Assembly: GCA_944362965.1 (NCBI GenBank)
Contig: CALVTR010000006.1
Span: 27,855 to 91,854, forward strand
Source: an uncultured Clostridia bacterium
GTDB taxonomy: Bacteria; Bacillota; Clostridia; Christensenellales; UBA1242
Direction of reading: 5' to 3'
DNA: 64,000 bases
Positions 47,458-58,491 of the stretch are shown piece after piece (position 1 is the stretch's first letter; every line of letters begins with the position of its first letter). The translations under genes and the position numbers were made by a program. Below the pieces are notes generated by a model that worked only from the letters and a program-made list of their open reading frames with translations, made no database searches and was not told where the DNA came from.

Positions 47458-47886
47458 ATGGCAGAAAAGAAAATTGCTGCGGTTGTAAAATTACAACTAG
47501 ACGCAGGTAAAGCCACTCCGGGACCTCCAGTTGGTTCAACTCTTGGACCTCATGGAATCAACCTAGGTGCCTTTACAAAAGAATTTAACGAGAAGACAGC
47601 AGCGCAAGCAGGACTTAAGATACCTGTTGTTGTAACTATCTATGCTGATAGAAGCTTCTCATTCGTGCTCAAAACCCCACCAGCAGCCATCCTTATTATG
47701 AAGGCTATCGGTATTGACAAGGGTTCTGCAGTGCCAAACAAAACAAAAGTCGGAAGTATCACAAAAGCACAAATCAGACAGATTGCTGAAACAAAGATGC
47801 CAGACCTTAACTGCACATCAATAGAGTCTGCAATGTCAATGATTGAAGGTGCTGCTCGTTCTATGGGCGTAACCGTAGTGGACTAA
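47458..47886 (+). CDS. rplK: 50S ribosomal protein L11
   Basis: [34 protein letters not shown]. Confidence 0.97.
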   Translation: MAEKKIAAVVKLQLDAGKATPGPPVGSTLGPHGINLGAFTKEFNEKTAAQAGLKIPVVVTIYADRSFSFVLKTPPAAILIMKAIGIDKGSAVPNKTKVGSITKAQIRQIAETKMPDLNCTSIESAMSMIEGAARSMGVTVVD

Positions 47887-47896
47887 GGAGGCAGAG

Positions 47897-48577
47897 ATGA
47901 AAGTAAGTAAGAAATATGCACAAGCCTCTCAGGCAATCACACAAAAATCTTATGATATCGCAGAAGGAATTAACACACTTTTGTCACTTCCAAAAGCTAA
48001 ATTTGATGAAACAGTAGAACTTCACGTAAAACTTGGCGTTGATGGAAGAAACGCAGACCAACAAGTTCGTGGTGTATGTATCCTTCCACATGGAACAGGT
48101 AAGTCACTCAAAGTTCTTGTTATCGCAAAGGGCGATAAGGCAGACGAAGCAACAAAAGCTGGGGCTGATTATGTAGGTGCTGAAGAAATAGTAAGCAAAA
48201 TACAAGGCGGTTGGCTTGATTTTGACGTATGTATCACAACCCCAGATATGATGGGTGTTGTAGGACGTGTAGCTAGAGTTCTTGGACCTAAAGGTTTAAT
48301 GCCAAACCCAAAGAGCGGAACAGTTACTATGGACGTAGCTAAAGCTATCCGTGATGCTAAAGCTGGTAAAGTTGAATACAGACTTGACAAAACAAACAAT
48401 GTTCACGTAATCATTGGTAAGGTAAGCTTTGGAAAAGATAAACTTCTTGATAACTTCAACACAGTTATCGAAGCTCTTACAAAGGCTAAACCAGCAGCTG
48501 CCAAAGGTCAATATTTCAGAAACGTTACAATCGCTTCTACTATGGGACCTGGAATTAAAATCAACGTTACAATGTAA
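47897..48577 (+). CDS. rplA: 50S ribosomal protein L1
   Basis: [24 protein letters not shown]...[16 protein letters not shown]. Confidence 0.97.
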   Translation: MKVSKKYAQASQAITQKSYDIAEGINTLLSLPKAKFDETVELHVKLGVDGRNADQQVRGVCILPHGTGKSLKVLVIAKGDKADEATKAGADYVGAEEIVSKIQGGWLDFDVCITTPDMMGVVGRVARVLGPKGLMPNPKSGTVTMDVAKAIRDAKAGKVEYRLDKTNNVHVIIGKVSFGKDKLLDNFNTVIEALTKAKPAAAKGQYFRNVTIASTMGPGIKINVTM

Positions 48578-48596
48578 CAAGTTAAATGTAACATAT

Positions 48597-48630
48597 AAAA
48601 GATAAGTTGAAATTACTTATCTTTTTTTAT
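48597..48630 (+). terminator. Rho-independent terminator after rplA
   Basis: AAAAGATAAGT-tgaaatt-ACTTATCTTTT followed by a T-run. Confidence 0.6.
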
Positions 48631-48750
48631 TTTATCTAGAAAATATTTAGTTTGTTTTTTAATTAATCCAAATTTTATCTAGCAGTGTTTGTTTTAAATT
48701 GACTATCTAGTGTTATTATTGTAAACTATAATTATGTTAAAGGAGATTTC

Positions 48751-49857
48751 ATGAAAGTTTGCTACTATGAAAACGAAGAATTAATTAGGCATGAAAAGTC
48801 AATTTTTTTAGCAGGTCCAACACCTAGAGACGATGAAACTAAGGGTTGGAGAGAAGAAGCCGTGCAGATATTGACGGATTTAGGCTACGACGGCACAGTG
48901 TATGTTCCTGAAAGAGCAGAAGGTGGCTACATAAAAGATATAACGGAAGAAAAATATAAGAAAACAGCAGAGTGGGAACTTCAACGTTTACATAATTCAA
49001 CAGTTATAGTCTTTTGGGTTCCACGAGAACTTAAGAAAATGCCAGCATTTACAACAAATGTGGAGTTTGGCTTCCATATAAATTACAATGTGGTATATGG
49101 TCGCCCAGATGATTCAGAAAAGAATAGATATCTTGACAATCTCTATTTGCGTGAGTGCGGTAAGATGCCCTATAACACATTATACGACACATTGAAGGAG
49201 GCAGTTTCACAGGCAGATAAACTGAATGCACAAGAACTAGAATTACTCAAGCTGTTGCCATACAAAAAGAAAAAAGACAAGATTTATTTTACAGCAGACA
49301 CGCATTTTGATAGCTTAAGAACGCTAGCCTATTCTTATAGACCATATAGAAATGTTGAAGATATGAATTTTCATATTGTGAAAAATTGGAATAGCGTGGT
49401 TGTTAAAGATAATATGGTATATCATTTAGGTGATTTTGGAAACTATGATTATGTCAAGCAGTTGAATGGGAAAGTTGTTTTGCTTGCAGGTAACTATGAA
49501 TTAAATGATTTAAAAGAAAATTATAATAATGATAAGACTGCATTCAAGCAATATCTGATATCTCTTGGATTTTATGATGTTATATTTGATAAGAACTATA
49601 ATCTAGACCTTCAGACAACAAACGGAGAAAAGGTAGGCTTCAATTTGTCGCACAAACCAACTGATTGCAATAAAACAAAGTTTAATTTATTTGGTCATAT
49701 TCATGAAAAATGTAAAATCAAAAGCTTTGGTCTTAACGTAGGTGTGGATGCATCATCATTTATGCCAATATCTCTCGAGCAGGTTTTATTTTTAAAGGAT
49801 GCAATAGAAAATAATTACGACCTAGACGTTTTCTGCACCGACAAAGATTTAAAATGA
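48751..49857 (+). CDS. Fusion protein: nucleoside 2-deoxyribosyltransferase-like domain plus calcineurin-type metallophosphoesterase domain
   Basis: N-terminal part: SIFLAGPTPRD...WREEA...AEWELQRL...VIVFWVPRE...FTTNVEFGF. C-terminal part: IYFTADTHFDS...RPYRNVEDMNFHIVKNWNSVV...VYHLGDFG...LLAGNYE...LFGHIHE. Confidence 0.6.
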   Translation: MKVCYYENEELIRHEKSIFLAGPTPRDDETKGWREEAVQILTDLGYDGTVYVPERAEGGYIKDITEEKYKKTAEWELQRLHNSTVIVFWVPRELKKMPAFTTNVEFGFHINYNVVYGRPDDSEKNRYLDNLYLRECGKMPYNTLYDTLKEAVSQADKLNAQELELLKLLPYKKKKDKIYFTADTHFDSLRTLAYSYRPYRNVEDMNFHIVKNWNSVVVKDNMVYHLGDFGNYDYVKQLNGKVVLLAGNYELNDLKENYNNDKTAFKQYLISLGFYDVIFDKNYNLDLQTTNGEKVGFNLSHKPTDCNKTKFNLFGHIHEKCKIKSFGLNVGVDASSFMPISLEQVLFLKDAIENNYDLDVFCTDKDLK

Positions 49858-50021
49858 AAAATTATATTAAATGTTAAAAACATAAGTAAGTTAAGCTTTT
49901 GTTGCGTAAAAAAACACGTTAAATTGCGTCAGCACACATTAAATAACCAAATTAGTTTCACTTTGGCAGACTAGTCCAATTTAATAATTTAAAAAGTAAA
50001 AATAAAAGAAACAAAAAATAA

Positions 50022-50050
50022 AAAAAGCTTTACGGTTTGTAAAGCTTTTT
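50022..50050. terminator. Bidirectional hairpin terminator between convergent genes
   Basis: AAAAAGCTTTAC-ggttt-GTAAAGCTTTTT, with an A-run and a T-run on either side. Confidence 0.6.
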
Positions 50051-50055
50051 TGTTT

Positions 50056-53000
50056 TTATTTAACCTTTTGTCTCTTTCTGAGAGCGATTGTTATGCCAAT
50101 TATTGCGGCAACAGCTGCAACGCCGATAATGATTGCAATGATTGCAAAGGTGTTGAGTGGCTCAGACCTTATAACTTTGTATGAGTAGAGCAGGTTGTTA
50201 GACATTGTATAAACTTGGATGAAATATGTTCCAGTATTATCAATGGTTATTGTGTAAGTTTCACCATAATTTGCAAGCCTGTCTGCTGTAAAGTAGTGGT
50301 ATTGAGAGCCAATTCTTATATAGCAGTCGCCCATAGCGTTATAGAAGTTTTGAACGTTAAAGGTTATAGTGATAGTTCCTGTTGTGCTGTCGCCTTCTGC
50401 AAGTGATATGTTGAGTGGTGGATTTTGCATATTAAGCCAGAACTCAAAGGTATATCTGCTGCTTGAAGTGCTAGCGTAGGCACTATCATTTGTGTTTACA
50501 GTGATTTGATATCTTCCGCTTCCTGTCTTTTCATCAAGATAATTTATCATAAGCTCAGAAAGATAAGTTGTTCCATCAATTCTTATTGTGTCATAGTTTC
50601 CTATATCAATAAGGTCTTGAGTGATATCAATTCCGTCTTTAAAGACGCTTTCAATGTAGTAGTTTTTGTATTGTATAAATTCATAAGCGTATCTAGATTC
50701 ATTTTCATTGATGATAGTGAAGTTATATTCATCTTGTCTTACAGGCACGCCAGTTGTGCTAGTAGCAGTGAATACAACAGAGTAGTAACCAGGTCGTGTG
50801 AATGTGTAGTTGTAATTGCTTGCTGTATAGCCTGTGTAAGTGTTTCCATTCAGCCGAACAGAAATTGAAGGGTAACCAGAAGCTTGGTAGTATGAAGAAA
50901 GGTTATATAGCGAAAGTTTAACGTCGCTGTTATAAACTGCATTGTCAACTCTTTCTGAAATCACTTCTTCGCCGCTTATTGTGTCAGTATAGGTCACTAT
51001 AAATGGAACTGAATTTAAGAACACGATATCTATATAAGTGCTAGTGCCAAATAGATGAACGTTAGCAGGTGAGCATGAGTCGTAGAGTCTAACTCTGTAA
51101 GAGCCCGCCTTTTCAAGATAAATGTAAGACATATTACCATTAGAGAAGATTGTTGGAGTGATTACAGTATATTCACCATTGAAGAATTTTAAAACTTCCA
51201 CGTTAATCTTATTCTGTTCAATTCCGTAGTATAAGTTGAAATTGAGTTTAAGCCTGTCAAATGAGCTTTCAGTTTCATTATTTGCAACGATAACAACAGA
51301 AGGTGTGGACCTAATTGATTCCGTCGTTCCCGAAGTTGTTTCATAAGTAAATTGTGTTAAAATATTGTTTGTCTCATTGATATAGATTATTGTAAAGTCG
51401 CCTCTAGATTCAGCACATTCATAATGATAAATTTCTACGTAGACGTTAGTTCCTGTGGTTTCCACTCTTGGCGTTCCGATTTGCACACTAAGCTCGCCGT
51501 TAGGAACAATTTGTAATCTGTTATCTCTATCGGCATAGTCCACACTTACAATATAGTTAACATCATATTCATAACCATAACTATCGGTATATTTCATATC
51601 CCCACGTTCAATAGGCATTCCGTCAACTGTGATGTAGTAGTAAGATGTTGAAGAGTCTAATATAGAAAGTGTGAAGATCCTGCAATTATTGACAAATACG
51701 TTTTCAGAATCATATTTAATGAAGATAATATACTCGCCTGTGCCGGAGATGGTGTATCCACTTGAAGCTGAATAGTTATCATTTATGTTTTGCCAAGTGT
51801 TACCATTGTCTGCTGAGAGATATACACTATAGCCATAACCATCTTGATATGCGTTAGCACCTTCATGATTCAATGTTTGCCCATCCCTGAAACGAACTCT
51901 TATGGTTTGAGAGTAGGTTGTAGCAGCTTGAGCAGTTGCAGTGTAAGGTGTTCCGTTGAAGTTTACAGTGTAGTTAGGTATTGTTGCGAAATCTTCACTT
52001 CCCAAAGGTTCGAGATTTCTATCAACAAACACGATAGCACCGCCGTTTATATCACTTGTTGAATATGATAGATAAGGAAGCTGATTATAAACTCTTATAT
52101 GAAGGGTTCTAATTTCTTCATTTGTCTCACTATCGGTCACAACTATTCTATAGTAGTCATCATAGATATTTGCACTAGATGGTGAGAACGCATAAGAATA
52201 GATATTGTTGCCAAGATTTGTATAGGTGAGACTGTTTGTAATATCAATATTTTCTAAGTTAAAGATATTGATTGTATAAAGCAGGGTGTTGTAAGCAAAG
52301 TTGATAGTGTTATCAGAAAGATAGGTCACATCACCATTGCTTTCAGTGATTTCATAGATGTCAGAGTTGCCGCTTATTTCATTGTATGCAACTTCATTTG
52401 CAAGCTGAATTATAGTTGTTTCATTTCCAAAGTTATCAAGGATTTCAAAACGAACTTTCTGTGAAGCATTTGCACCAAGATTTATAACAATTTGAAGAGT
52501 AGAGCCATTATTTATTGTTGTAAAACTAATATATGATAAAGCAGTTTCAAATTCTGGAGTAGGTGTCCAAGTTCCGTAAGGTCCTTGATTTGCAATCATC
52601 AAAAGGTCATATTCGCCAGATATTGAATTGTATTGAGAAATCGTTATTTGTGTTGGGAATACAAAGCTTGTTGTCGTGCTTTGATATTGAGCTTGAGTTG
52701 GCACAGAAATGTTGAGAATTGCAGATGTTCTATTAGGATCCTCCACCTTTTGAGTTGAAATAGTTGCGTCCATAATAGAAAGATAAGTGTTATACGAAGC
52801 CCCGTTTATTCTGTTAGTAAAGGTTATCATATGTTTATTTGACGAAGATTCAACATCATCAAATATTGATGCAAGGGTAACTTGCTCAAAGCTTACACCT
52901 GTTGAGCTGATTGTAATCCTATAGATATATCCATCATCAAGATAAGGCGAAGTCATGTAGCGAACAGAGCTTTGACCTGCTATTTGAATATAGACAAGGC

Positions 53001-56000
53001 TCCAAGGGTCAGACATATAACTTAAACTGCGTAACTCAAACCCGCTGTTAGAGTAGATATTGAAACCTTCTCCGATATCTTCTGAAAGCACCGCAATTTC
53101 TTCAGAATGTTGAGCATTGGTGTAAGTCAAAGCGTTTACATTGACATTTTCATCTTCTTCAAAAGACGAATTAACAAGATAAACAAGATATACAACCATA
53201 TTGCCAGCATAGTCCATTTCAACGATTTCATAATATCCACAGCTTAAATCATTTGCACCGCTAGTTGTAAGCTGATAATAGTTGTTAGCAGAGAATGAGT
53301 TTCTATCCACCTGAGTATAGGAGTCAAGAGAAGGCACTTCTTCATAATAGATATATTGAGTATCATATCTAAAGCTCGATGCATTTCTAAGAGTTCCAAC
53401 AAGGGTGGTATTGAAGAAATCTGTTGTAACATTATAGCTGTAGTATTGGAAATAACCGGTAGAAGCGGAGAAAGAGTAACTCATATTTGCTATTTGGTTA
53501 TAGTTTGTTGCTGTTATAGTAACATCTTCACCGGTATAGTCTTGATAACTTCTCATATTGATTTCTTGATAATTTCTAGTAAATATTCCTGTGGCATATT
53601 CGGTGTTAGTCATCAAGTTTTGCAAATTCGCAAGTGGGGCAGACCTATCAAAATAGATAGTTTTTGTAGTTCTATTATAATAGTTGTTGTTATGCCCTTC
53701 AAATTCCATAGTAATGGTCAGTGAAGAGTTGGTAGCAGTAATTAAATTAGAGCAATCAATAGTGAAAGACCTAGTATTTCCATTGGCAGTAATTTCAGAA
53801 TGAGTAACAGGTTGAGAGCCGTTTATGGTTATGTGTGAGAAGTCTTCATTTATTCTCGCCTCAAACTCACTTGTAGGAACTTCCCATTGAATAGTAAGAG
53901 AATTAGAGTTTGTGTAGTATGTATTTGTAGAGACTGAAGCCAGCTCATAGCCGTCAGCACTAATTATACTGAAAGCAGGTTGTTGAGAGATAATTTCAAA
54001 TCCAAATTTATAGAATGAGTAGAAATTGCTTTGTGGGTCGTTGTTTGATTGATAGATTGTCACAACATAGCTTCCTTGTTGGTAGAAGAAGTCAACAGGC
54101 GAACTACTTGTAATAATTCCATTTGAAGAGCCTTCATAAAGGTTAAGGAAACCACCATTAGTTGTTCCGTTTGAGAAGTAATATCTTGTAACATTTCTAC
54201 CATTTTCAATAACTTCAGCAACCACTTTAGCATATATTTCATATTCGGTAATTGAAGCCTGACTATTGACAAAATCTTGTGCTTCAGCTTCAGTGTTAAA
54301 GGCTTCGGTTATTTCAATACCTTCAGAGTATACGTGCCATAAGTTGTCAGCTTCAAGTTGATAATAGGTATTTCCATAGAAGGATAGGTTGTCGTTATAG
54401 TCAACACTATAAGAATTTGAATTTTCGTCATAGCTTGTCGTTGTAGTAAATTTATATTTAGGAATGTAGAGCGTCATTGGAAGTTTGTTTCCTTCTACTG
54501 AGAAGGTAGGTATTTCATCTTCACTTGAGAATGATTCTTTAGTATAGAATGAGCCACCATTTAGTCCTGTTTCAGCGTTGTAGCTTGGGAAAGAAACTTG
54601 AATAGAAGAATTTCCTTCACTGCTATACATACTAAGGATTATATCACCACCAACAAGACTTTCAAGAGAAGAGTTTCCTTCTTCACTGCTTACAGCTTCA
54701 AGTCCAGATATAAGCCCAAAATCATCAACATCAAAGGTGATGGTTCGTTTGAAATAATCATATTGGTCGGTATCATTTCCTTCAATATATTGTCTTTCAA
54801 TGATATACCTTCCAACTAAAGGTAAATTTCCGCTTCCAAGTGCAACTGTATAGGTCAAAGTTTCTCCTGGCTCATAGGCAACACTTGTGTCATACTCATA
54901 AATAACAACTTGTTGATATTCGTCAGAGATATCATAGTAATAGAAATATTTTCCATCAATTAACTGATAAGTTTTAACATAAGGGTAGTATCTTAAGACA
55001 ACAGAGCCAAGTGTTGAGCCGTTGTCAGCAAGTGGAATAAATGAAATTGTAAGTTCTTCATCGGCATTTACAGGGATATAGTATGCAAAGCGATAAGTGA
55101 GTTCACTTTGAGTAAGGTCAACACCTTCCATTTCGGTAAGGTGAGTGTAAACTCTTTCGCCATCTTCATTGGTGTAGTAATAAAGGTTTCCTGTAAGGTC
55201 ATAGCTTGCCCAGTCAAGCATCGTTTGGTTTTCACCACTTCCACGATAGACTGAAAGCTTTGAGTCATCGCTTGTCACATTGAAGGTAATGATTGCACTA
55301 GGGTTGTTCAAGAAGTCGTTTTGTTCATTTCCTGTGATATATGTGTTAGACATATCTCTTATAAGGATACGATAAGTGCCTTCTCTTGCTTGACCGTCAT
55401 TGTCAATAAAGTCTATTTCATAGCTATTGATGCCAGAATATCTATTGTAAGTGCTTGAAAGCTCACGGATATAACTCACATCATCAATGTCAACAACAAG
55501 ATAACTTCCATTATAGCTTGATATACCTGTTGTGATTTGTCCTTCTTCAGAACTTGAAGTTATAGCAGAAATACTGATATTAGTAACGCGTGTAATGTCG
55601 TCATTTGTTGTGCTTGAGAAGAACTCAGACAGCCTTTGGCTCAAGTTTGCACTAGCCTCGCTATAGCTTAAAGTATAAGTATAAGGGGTGATTGAACTGT
55701 AAGATTCAATATTGTCAAGATAAATAGCCTTGCTATCCGACCATTCAACCCACATTCTAGTTCCGGTTTCAGGAACAGAAATGCTTTGAGAACTTGACAT
55801 AACCTGTCTTGTTTCATCATTGTATGAAACTCTAAGAACAAAGATAGGACTAGTATTGTCAATCATATAGATTTCAAAGGTAGAGTTTCCAGCTTGGTCA
55901 TAAATTTCAAGGATATAGAAGCCGGCATTTGATTTAACATAGGTCGCATCAACAGTTGAAGTGAATGATGCTGAGTTTCTATATTCAGTCCAAGATGAAG

Positions 56001-58491
56001 CACGTGCCAAATCAACCTTGTAAGAAACAGGCAAAGAGCCTTGCTCAATCCAGTAGTCAAGAAGTTGTGAAACTGTTGCAGAGTTAGTTTGAGAAGAGTA
56101 GTAGTTAATTTCACTCATAGGAATGTATTTAACATATCCATAGGTTGTAGCACCGCTTGCCTTTTCATTCCAAGAGAAGATAAGTGGTCTGTTTGTGTTG
56201 TAAGAAGAGATGTTATCTCCAATTCTATAGGTTGTGCTTGAAGAGTAAGTAACATTTCTTGCAGTAACACCGCTAATCTGGTTTGTGTCTATTGTGAATG
56301 TTCTACTGCTTGGCACTGTTGAGTTTGCAGATAGGATTTGAACAGTAAAGCGGGCATTTGCATATCTATTTGTGTTTTCAATCAAAATTCCATATTTTCC
56401 AGCTACATTTGCGTTATATTCTTGATAATTTTCAGTATCGTCAGTAGCTTCTTCAAATTGCTGATATGTAATTCCATAACTTGAAAGGTTTGTTATATTT
56501 TCATTTTGGAAGAAATAACTTCCGGTTGCATAGTTGTAAGCTGACAATGTGATATTGACTTGGGCATCATAAACATTATTTTCAGCATCATTTAAGATAT
56601 AAACACTTTTGTTAGTAAAGCCAGAGGTATAAACTTCGTTAAAATCACTATCAAGCACTGTAACCGATGGGGTAGAGTTTGTAATTTCAAAGAAGAATAT
56701 TTGATAGTGATAGTAATAGCTTTGCAAAGTTCCTGTTGTCGACATATAGTTTTCAAATTGATATTGAATAATATAGAGATATAGTCCAGGCTCATTTTGA
56801 TTAAAACCTTCAAAATAGTTTTGTCCATCAATTTGATATTCAAGTTGTCCATCGTTTTCAACAGTTGATAGATTATAGATATAACTATTTACTCTAGAAT
56901 TAGTTGAATTTGTCAAGAATTTGATAGGGGTTTGATTTGTTGTAATAGGCTCTATCAGTCCGTCAGCACTTCCATTGTTTAGGTAAGCTAAGGTCGCACT
57001 TCTTAACTGATTATTGCTAAATACTCTATAACTTGAAGGGTTAGCTTCACTTGCATGATTTGCAGGATTTTCAGTATTGCTTTCAATACTGCCCACACTG
57101 TCAGGGTTCGAAACCATATAACTATTCACAGCACTTGTGATATCTGCACTTGCAGAGTAGTTAAGCTGGTCAAAGTTGAATGTTTTAAGTTCAACAGCTT
57201 CAGGTTGGTTTGTATCTGCATTGATATTTGCATAATCGGAATATACTGCTTGATAGCCATAGACATAAAGTCTTTGATCTTCATTTTGCAGGGTAGTTGT
57301 GTCAAGACTATCAGCAAACGGGAGTTCATAAACTGTTTCCACGCCGTTGACGATTGCTTTATAAAGGTATTGGAAAGATAGGTCATAATAGCCAACATCT
57401 AAGAAGATAAGTTTGCATTCTTCGTCAATCATGTATGGGAAAACAAAATAGTCATCTTCGCTTATTTGATTTCCATTTTCGTCAACTTGGGTAAGTTCTC
57501 CATTGCTATAAACAACAGTGGCAACATGTGAGATTTGATTTAAATCGGTATAATTAACAGTGATTTGAAATCTATCAGGATTGTAGGAGAAAGAAGCTAA
57601 GCTGTTTGTTGAGATAACGGTATCACCTGCAAAAGAATAGTTATAGTAATAATATCTTGAGAATGTATCAGAAGAGGTGAGAGTTGATTGTTGTATATTT
57701 GAAGATGGCGTAATGTTAGGCAGACCTGTTGTGTTATTAAAGTAAGAGCCAGAGCTAAAGAGCATAAATGAATAGTATAATGTTTGAGTTCCAGGAACAA
57801 AAGTAATTCCGCCATTATTTGTATAGTAATAGTTTAAGTTGATAACAAGGGTGTAGATGCCTTCTTGATTTAACGTAACTTGACTTCCGCTTAAATTAAT
57901 TTCTTCTAAGTTTGTGTCAAGCGAGAAAGATATTTCAAGTTTTTGTGGTGTGATGCCAAGCCCAGAAATTGCGAATGCGACTTCACCACTATCACTATTT
58001 GAAGATGCGTAGTTTGTTATAGATTGTCCATAGAGCAGGTTTTCTCCAACTTGTCCGTCTTGCACTTGAGAGTTCGAAAGATTATAGTATAAAGATAGAC
58101 TGTTTGAGAATGTGAAGTAATAATACTCTTGTGGATTGTCGTCTGTGTTTGCTGTAGAGTCTGTAATGTATGCGTAGTTTCTTTCGACAGCGCCAACTGC
58201 AGTAGGATTAGAATTTGTAATCTTGTCATTTGCCGCGATTGTGGCATTCACTTGACTGCCGCTGCCACCGCCTTGCATAAGAAAGATTGTGTCACCAACT
58301 GAGCCTGCCACATTTTCAAGCTCTGGCATTTCAAAATACTCAGGCAAATCGTTTGTGATTTGCTGATATGTCGGCGGCTCAGCCAAACTTACTAGGCTAT
58401 CACTTTTTGGCAGAAAAAGCCCGATACATAAAATTCCTATCACTGAAAATGATAGAACTAAAGAGTTAAACAATCTTTTGATTTTAAACAT
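50056..58491 (-). CDS. Giant (2811 aa) surface protein: N-terminal signal/anchor, N/S/T/Y-rich ectodomain, C-terminal TM anchor
   Basis: N-terminus MFKIKRLFNSLVLSFSVIGILCIGLFL. C-terminus FAIIAIIIGVAAVAAIIGITIALRKRQKVK. Uninterrupted 8.4-kb ORF. No LPXTG motif and no recognised domain. Confidence 0.75.
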   Translation of the reverse strand: MFKIKRLFNSLVLSFSVIGILCIGLFLPKSDSLVSLAEPPTYQQITNDLPEYFEMPELENVAGSVGDTIFLMQGGGSGSQVNATIAANDKITNSNPTAVGAVERNYAYITDSTANTDDNPQEYYYFTFSNSLSLYYNLSNSQVQDGQVGENLLYGQSITNYASSNSDSGEVAFAISGLGITPQKLEISFSLDTNLEEINLSGSQVTLNQEGIYTLVINLNYYYTNNGGITFVPGTQTLYYSFMLFSSGSYFNNTTGLPNITPSSNIQQSTLTSSDTFSRYYYYNYSFAGDTVISTNSLASFSYNPDRFQITVNYTDLNQISHVATVVYSNGELTQVDENGNQISEDDYFVFPYMIDEECKLIFLDVGYYDLSFQYLYKAIVNGVETVYELPFADSLDTTTLQNEDQRLYVYGYQAVYSDYANINADTNQPEAVELKTFNFDQLNYSASADITSAVNSYMVSNPDSVGSIESNTENPANHASEANPSSYRVFSNNQLRSATLAYLNNGSADGLIEPITTNQTPIKFLTNSTNSRVNSYIYNLSTVENDGQLEYQIDGQNYFEGFNQNEPGLYLYIIQYQFENYMSTTGTLQSYYYHYQIFFFEITNSTPSVTVLDSDFNEVYTSGFTNKSVYILNDAENNVYDAQVNITLSAYNYATGSYFFQNENITNLSSYGITYQQFEEATDDTENYQEYNANVAGKYGILIENTNRYANARFTVQILSANSTVPSSRTFTIDTNQISGVTARNVTYSSSTTYRIGDNISSYNTNRPLIFSWNEKASGATTYGYVKYIPMSEINYYSSQTNSATVSQLLDYWIEQGSLPVSYKVDLARASSWTEYRNSASFTSTVDATYVKSNAGFYILEIYDQAGNSTFEIYMIDNTSPIFVLRVSYNDETRQVMSSSQSISVPETGTRMWVEWSDSKAIYLDNIESYSSITPYTYTLSYSEASANLSQRLSEFFSSTTNDDITRVTNISISAITSSSEEGQITTGISSYNGSYLVVDIDDVSYIRELSSTYNRYSGINSYEIDFIDNDGQAREGTYRILIRDMSNTYITGNEQNDFLNNPSAIITFNVTSDDSKLSVYRGSGENQTMLDWASYDLTGNLYYYTNEDGERVYTHLTEMEGVDLTQSELTYRFAYYIPVNADEELTISFIPLADNGSTLGSVVLRYYPYVKTYQLIDGKYFYYYDISDEYQQVVIYEYDTSVAYEPGETLTYTVALGSGNLPLVGRYIIERQYIEGNDTDQYDYFKRTITFDVDDFGLISGLEAVSSEEGNSSLESLVGGDIILSMYSSEGNSSIQVSFPSYNAETGLNGGSFYTKESFSSEDEIPTFSVEGNKLPMTLYIPKYKFTTTTSYDENSNSYSVDYNDNLSFYGNTYYQLEADNLWHVYSEGIEITEAFNTEAEAQDFVNSQASITEYEIYAKVVAEVIENGRNVTRYYFSNGTTNGGFLNLYEGSSNGIITSSSPVDFFYQQGSYVVTIYQSNNDPQSNFYSFYKFGFEIISQQPAFSIISADGYELASVSTNTYYTNSNSLTIQWEVPTSEFEARINEDFSHITINGSQPVTHSEITANGNTRSFTIDCSNLITATNSSLTITMEFEGHNNNYYNRTTKTIYFDRSAPLANLQNLMTNTEYATGIFTRNYQEINMRSYQDYTGEDVTITATNYNQIANMSYSFSASTGYFQYYSYNVTTDFFNTTLVGTLRNASSFRYDTQYIYYEEVPSLDSYTQVDRNSFSANNYYQLTTSGANDLSCGYYEIVEMDYAGNMVVYLVYLVNSSFEEDENVNVNALTYTNAQHSEEIAVLSEDIGEGFNIYSNSGFELRSLSYMSDPWSLVYIQIAGQSSVRYMTSPYLDDGYIYRITISSTGVSFEQVTLASIFDDVESSSNKHMITFTNRINGASYNTYLSIMDATISTQKVEDPNRTSAILNISVPTQAQYQSTTTSFVFPTQITISQYNSISGEYDLLMIANQGPYGTWTPTPEFETALSYISFTTINNGSTLQIVINLGANASQKVRFEILDNFGNETTIIQLANEVAYNEISGNSDIYEITESNGDVTYLSDNTINFAYNTLLYTINIFNLENIDITNSLTYTNLGNNIYSYAFSPSSANIYDDYYRIVVTDSETNEEIRTLHIRVYNQLPYLSYSTSDINGGAIVFVDRNLEPLGSEDFATIPNYTVNFNGTPYTATAQAATTYSQTIRVRFRDGQTLNHEGANAYQDGYGYSVYLSADNGNTWQNINDNYSASSGYTISGTGEYIIFIKYDSENVFVNNCRIFTLSILDSSTSYYYITVDGMPIERGDMKYTDSYGYEYDVNYIVSVDYADRDNRLQIVPNGELSVQIGTPRVETTGTNVYVEIYHYECAESRGDFTIIYINETNNILTQFTYETTSGTTESIRSTPSVVIVANNETESSFDRLKLNFNLYYGIEQNKINVEVLKFFNGEYTVITPTIFSNGNMSYIYLEKAGSYRVRLYDSCSPANVHLFGTSTYIDIVFLNSVPFIVTYTDTISGEEVISERVDNAVYNSDVKLSLYNLSSYYQASGYPSISVRLNGNTYTGYTASNYNYTFTRPGYYSVVFTATSTTGVPVRQDEYNFTIINENESRYAYEFIQYKNYYIESVFKDGIDITQDLIDIGNYDTIRIDGTTYLSELMINYLDEKTGSGRYQITVNTNDSAYASTSSSRYTFEFWLNMQNPPLNISLAEGDSTTGTITITFNVQNFYNAMGDCYIRIGSQYHYFTADRLANYGETYTITIDNTGTYFIQVYTMSNNLLYSYKVIRSEPLNTFAIIAIIIGVAAVAAIIGITIALRKRQKVK

